Shown here piece by piece: positions 60,735 through 64,000 of a stretch of 64,000 bases of DNA. How positions within the stretch are numbered: the first letter of the stretch is position 1; the number at the start of each line of letters is the position of its first letter. This stretch comes from Thermoleophilia bacterium. Lineage in GTDB: Bacteria; Actinomycetota; Thermoleophilia; RBG-16-64-13. A program made the translations under genes and the position numbers. The stretch is taken from contig JBMNPM010000001.1 of the NCBI GenBank assembly GCA_050943595.1, positions 112,794-176,793 on the forward strand. Direction: 5' to 3'. The notes under the pieces were generated by a model. It was not told the DNA's origin. It worked only from the letters and a program-made list of their open reading frames with translations, and searched no databases.

Positions 60735-62201
60735 CTAGAAGCAGAGCTTTCCAGGATTCATGACGTTGTTTGGATCGAAGATACTCTTAACCTTGCGAAG
60801 CGCAATGGTGGTGGCGGCATCCCTTCTATAGGCTGTGTCCGCCCAGGGGCCGTATGGACGGGAGAAGAAGGCCCCTCGAGCCGATAGCGTGTGGACCGCC
60901 GCTTCCGACAGGGCTGCAACTTGTGCTGTTTCCTTGGCATCTGTCTTGTCAAAGAAAATATTGAATTCGCAATGGTAGTTGACGCCCTGCACAAGTGGTT
61001 GCAGGTAGATACCGATGTCGGAGACCTTTTGGTCATGCTTGACGGCAGTCTCTTCCATCACGCAGATGAGTTCGTTGAGTTTCTCGTATATGGTGATGAA
61101 GAAGATGTCGGTGCTGGAGCTGCCGCCCTTGCTTTTCCAGTATGAATCGGTGGAGGGTTCGTGTAGGGTCTTCATCAACTCGAAGGCGGAAACGGTTCCC
61201 ACCGATCGAAGGGGGTTTACTCTGATGGACTGCGCGACGGTGGCGATGTCCTTCTGTAGGTAGGCGATCTTCTCTTCGGGGAAGTAGTTGGTCCCCGAGA
61301 TGGTGTAGAAAAGGATCCAGCGTGGTAGTTCCGACTTGAGTCGTTCGTAGTCGGCAGGCCAATCTCGTGCCATGATGCGGGCCAAATTGGTATCGTTCAG
61401 CAGCAGGCAGTCATCGGCCCAGCGATTCCTGATGAGCCAGTGGGTGAACTCAAGCAGATTGTGGAGCTTGTCTGAGCCGACGAGATAGGGCTCCTCAATG
61501 GTGGGCAGATGTTCGCACCTGACTGTCGCCCAGGTTACGATACCCATGGTTCCCTGGGAACCTTGGATGAGCCTGAGGAAGTCGGCCTGGATGGGGCCGG
61601 CCGCTTCGTTTTGAGCCGCGCCGATGGCCCACTGCTCATCGAGAGTGCCGGGGCCGGCGGCTGAGCCCGTCTTGAAGGTGTCACCGGTGCCGTAGACCAC
61701 CTGGGTGCAGGCCAACGGGTCGGAGATGTCCCAGTGGTACTTGGGCATGATCACCGGCTCTCTCTCCAGTGTGCTGCCTACCACCGACTTGGTCGGGCGT
61801 GGGAGAAGGGGTAGGTTCAATCGCAGTCCGGCATCCCGCGCAGCAGGTATCAACTCCCCAAAGGTGACGCCGGGTTCGACCATGACTATACGGTGCTCGA
61901 GGTCGAGCCGGACGATCTTGTTCAATCTGCGCATGTCGACGATGACAGCGCCGCCGACACTGGGGACCGTGTCACCCCTATAGTGAGGGGGGCCGGAGCT
62001 GACGGGGATGAGGGGGGTGGCCGAGGTATTGGCCCAATTGATTATCTGTTGGACCTCCTCCGTATCCTTGGGTCGCACAACGCACCGGGGCGTAATGGGA
62101 TGGACGAAACTCTCATCGGCCGCGTATCCACTCAGGATATCGGGGTCGTCGGATACATTCTCTGCACCAACAATGTCGGCCAACGCTTGCTTTTCTAACA
62201 T
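60735..62201 (-). CDS. FAD-linked oxidase (GlcD/D-lactate dehydrogenase-like, FAD_binding_4 plus C-terminal domain)
   Basis: 488 aa with FAD-binding PCMH-type domain motifs and a C-terminal 'DPNNVMNPGKL'. Confidence 0.75.
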   Translation of the reverse strand: MLEKQALADIVGAENVSDDPDILSGYAADESFVHPITPRCVVRPKDTEEVQQIINWANTSATPLIPVSSGPPHYRGDTVPSVGGAVIVDMRRLNKIVRLDLEHRIVMVEPGVTFGELIPAARDAGLRLNLPLLPRPTKSVVGSTLEREPVIMPKYHWDISDPLACTQVVYGTGDTFKTGSAAGPGTLDEQWAIGAAQNEAAGPIQADFLRLIQGSQGTMGIVTWATVRCEHLPTIEEPYLVGSDKLHNLLEFTHWLIRNRWADDCLLLNDTNLARIMARDWPADYERLKSELPRWILFYTISGTNYFPEEKIAYLQKDIATVAQSIRVNPLRSVGTVSAFELMKTLHEPSTDSYWKSKGGSSSTDIFFITIYEKLNELICVMEETAVKHDQKVSDIGIYLQPLVQGVNYHCEFNIFFDKTDAKETAQVAALSEAAVHTLSARGAFFSRPYGPWADTAYRRDAATTIALRKVKSIFDPNNVMNPGKLCF

Positions 62202-62246
62202 GTGGCACCTCCCTGGTGACCAACGGTACGGAAATAAGGAAACACC

Positions 62247-63812
62247 CTATTCCTTGGCCGAAATGTACATTGCAGGTTCTGAAACACCCTGGGGGTCGAA
62301 GGTCTTCTTAATCTTGCGTAGCCATAGGTGGTAATTGTCCAAATGCGGACCCCATTTGTCATGCAGTCTGTCTCCCCAGACTGTGACCGGCGCCGTGTAA
62401 CACTTCTCGATGGCGAGGTCTTCGCACTTGTCGGAGAACTCCATCATGTCCTTCCAGCCTGCCCCGTTCGGGTGGGTCATGACCAGCTGTTCGGCGTGTC
62501 CGGTGTGGGCGTTCTCATAGACCATAGCCAAGATACAATCCGGGCCTTCATCGGCGCGGACATTGCCTCTGGCCTGGCATTCCTTCTTCAATTCTGAGGT
62601 GGCAAGCATGAACCTGGTGGATGTCTGGAACATGGCGGAATCACCGATGGAGCCGAGAAAACGCCCTGCGGCCCGGAACGACTCTCTGATGGCAGTGCAG
62701 TTGCGGGTCAGGATCCACAGATACTCGCGCTTCATGTCTTCACGTTCCATCTCACTCCAGAGCACACCGCCCGTCTCGGCGAGGATCTGATCGAACACCT
62801 TCTTGCGATAGGTGAACTCTGGGATGGTAGCTCCTGCGATGACCACCAGGAAACCGGGCCGGCCCGCGCATTCCGCACGCATGCGCTCGAGCAGGTCGAC
62901 CGCCTTGGTGCCGGTGCCGGTCATGGACTCGGCCAGCATAGGAGGAGGCAGCCTGAATATCAGAGTTGCTATCTCGCTCTCACCCATCTTGACGCCGGCC
63001 TCAATCAGCTTGTCCCAGTCTGGGAAGATGGGGTGGTGGACCTCGAAATTCGGCGGCATCTCCTTGAGGCGATAGTCGGGACATATGCCCTCCAGCTCCG
63101 GCTCCGGCGGGCCGAAGTACGGATACAGCTTCACCCCAGCCTTCGTATAGATGCCTAGTCCGCCCATGACGCCCTGCGGACCGTGGATCAGCCCTCGCAG
63201 GGATGGGCCCGGACCGTCGCCACAGAACCATCCGACGCCTGAGCCGAGCGAGCCGAACCTGATGAGTTCACCGTCCGGCGCTACCCATTCGACGGCCAGC
63301 GTGTTGCGGTCTCCACAGCTCGTGCTGACGCCGCCGGGACCGGTACCCTGATGTGCGGTGATGGGCATGGCGCTGGTGTTAGATCCGGCACCAACGCTGT
63401 GGACCGTGAAGCCTTTCTTCATGGCTTCGGACTGCAGCATAGCGCAGGTTACATAGGGCTCTACCACCGCATACATGCTCTTCTCGTTGAGCTCGATGAT
63501 GCGGTTGAAACGGCGCATGTCGACGTGAACGGCATTGTCGTCGAGACCCAATGCGCTGTAGAACCCCCAGCCGTTGCTGATGGCTTTATATCTGACGTTG
63601 TACTTGTTGCATGCTTTGACGATTGCCTGTACTTCCTCCGTCTTGCCCGGCATGAGGATGGCACCGGAGCGGGGGAGGAAGGGGGTGTTGGTGAACAACT
63701 CGGCGCCCCACTGAAAGGCGTAAGAGTCTAATACCGCCGGTTCTTCCGAGATGTATTCCGGTCCGACGATCTCCTCCAGAGCCTTGAATGCGTCTCTGTT
63801 ACTTAGAGCCAT
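62247..63812 (-). CDS. FAD-linked oxidase paralog (VAO/PCMH-type flavoprotein)
   Basis: 521 aa. A FAD_binding_4-like N-terminal half. GGAGGGG RBS upstream. Confidence 0.7.
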   Translation of the reverse strand: MALSNRDAFKALEEIVGPEYISEEPAVLDSYAFQWGAELFTNTPFLPRSGAILMPGKTEEVQAIVKACNKYNVRYKAISNGWGFYSALGLDDNAVHVDMRRFNRIIELNEKSMYAVVEPYVTCAMLQSEAMKKGFTVHSVGAGSNTSAMPITAHQGTGPGGVSTSCGDRNTLAVEWVAPDGELIRFGSLGSGVGWFCGDGPGPSLRGLIHGPQGVMGGLGIYTKAGVKLYPYFGPPEPELEGICPDYRLKEMPPNFEVHHPIFPDWDKLIEAGVKMGESEIATLIFRLPPPMLAESMTGTGTKAVDLLERMRAECAGRPGFLVVIAGATIPEFTYRKKVFDQILAETGGVLWSEMEREDMKREYLWILTRNCTAIRESFRAAGRFLGSIGDSAMFQTSTRFMLATSELKKECQARGNVRADEGPDCILAMVYENAHTGHAEQLVMTHPNGAGWKDMMEFSDKCEDLAIEKCYTAPVTVWGDRLHDKWGPHLDNYHLWLRKIKKTFDPQGVSEPAMYISAKE

Positions 63813-63827
63813 CTCTGCTTACCCCTC

Positions 63828-64000
63828 CTAGTCCTCTATGGACTGCTGAAACAACTCGACGACATCGTAGACTTTGAGGTCGGCTCCGGTGGCTTCAACG
63901 GAATCCCGGAAGTTCCTGATGCACCAGGGGCAGGTGGTGACCAGTGCCTCTGCTCCGGTGTCGAGGGCCTCCTGGATCCTCTCTGCGGCCGTCCATTCAC
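63828..64000 (-). CDS. (Fe-S)-binding CCG-domain protein, C-terminal fragment (GlcF/HdrD-like); N-terminus outside window
   Basis: The minus-strand translation ends '...EALVTTCPWCIRNFRDSVEATGADLKVYDVVELFQQSIED*', with the CCG-domain motif 'CPWC'. Confidence 0.55.
   Translation of the reverse strand, partial: EWTAAERIQEALDTGAEALVTTCPWCIRNFRDSVEATGADLKVYDVVELFQQSIED

Overview
This is a high-GC (~62%) bacterial chromosomal segment with Gram-positive-type gene order, mostly core genes on both strands. By inference it is probably Chloroflexi- or Actinobacteria-like. Content in order: rsmE 3' end, HIT, the phoH / HD-7TM / ybeY / GNAT / deoC / recO block, guaB (minus strand), and a TPP-riboswitch-controlled thiamine salvage/HMP ABC uptake operon. 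Then a PASTA Ser/Thr kinase, a translationally coupled AmmeMemoRadiSam operon (small Arg-rich ORF, PHP, radical SAM, LigB/Memo-like, AMMECR1), and a minus-strand rtcB-archease-lon-hsp20 stress block. Then UPF0182, MBL hydrolase, trxA, lgt, DUF4349, rpsF-ssb-rpsR-DUF2232-rplI-dnaB, and a purine operon (purA-D-E-B-[Zn-ribbon ORF]-F-M-N-H). Then two tandem 7TM-PAS-GGDEF-EAL paralogs and tRNA-Lys(TTT) with an intrinsic terminator. The last ~12 kb looks accessory: a pyrogallol-transhydroxylase-like molybdoenzyme alpha/beta pair translationally coupled to an ADP-ribosylglycohydrolase, an SDR, a CHRD protein, a small self-contained low-GC gene cassette, and GlcD/GlcF-like FAD/Fe-S oxidoreductases. 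I found no CRISPR array, transposase or integrase. Other sequence-level observations: a ~23-nt motif recurring just 3' of stop codons, a 13-bp inverted repeat pair between trxA and lgt, and candidate operators upstream of hsp20, the post-tRNA gene and the small cassette. Also a probable CTG start for rpsF and a small Zn-ribbon ORF coupled to purF.
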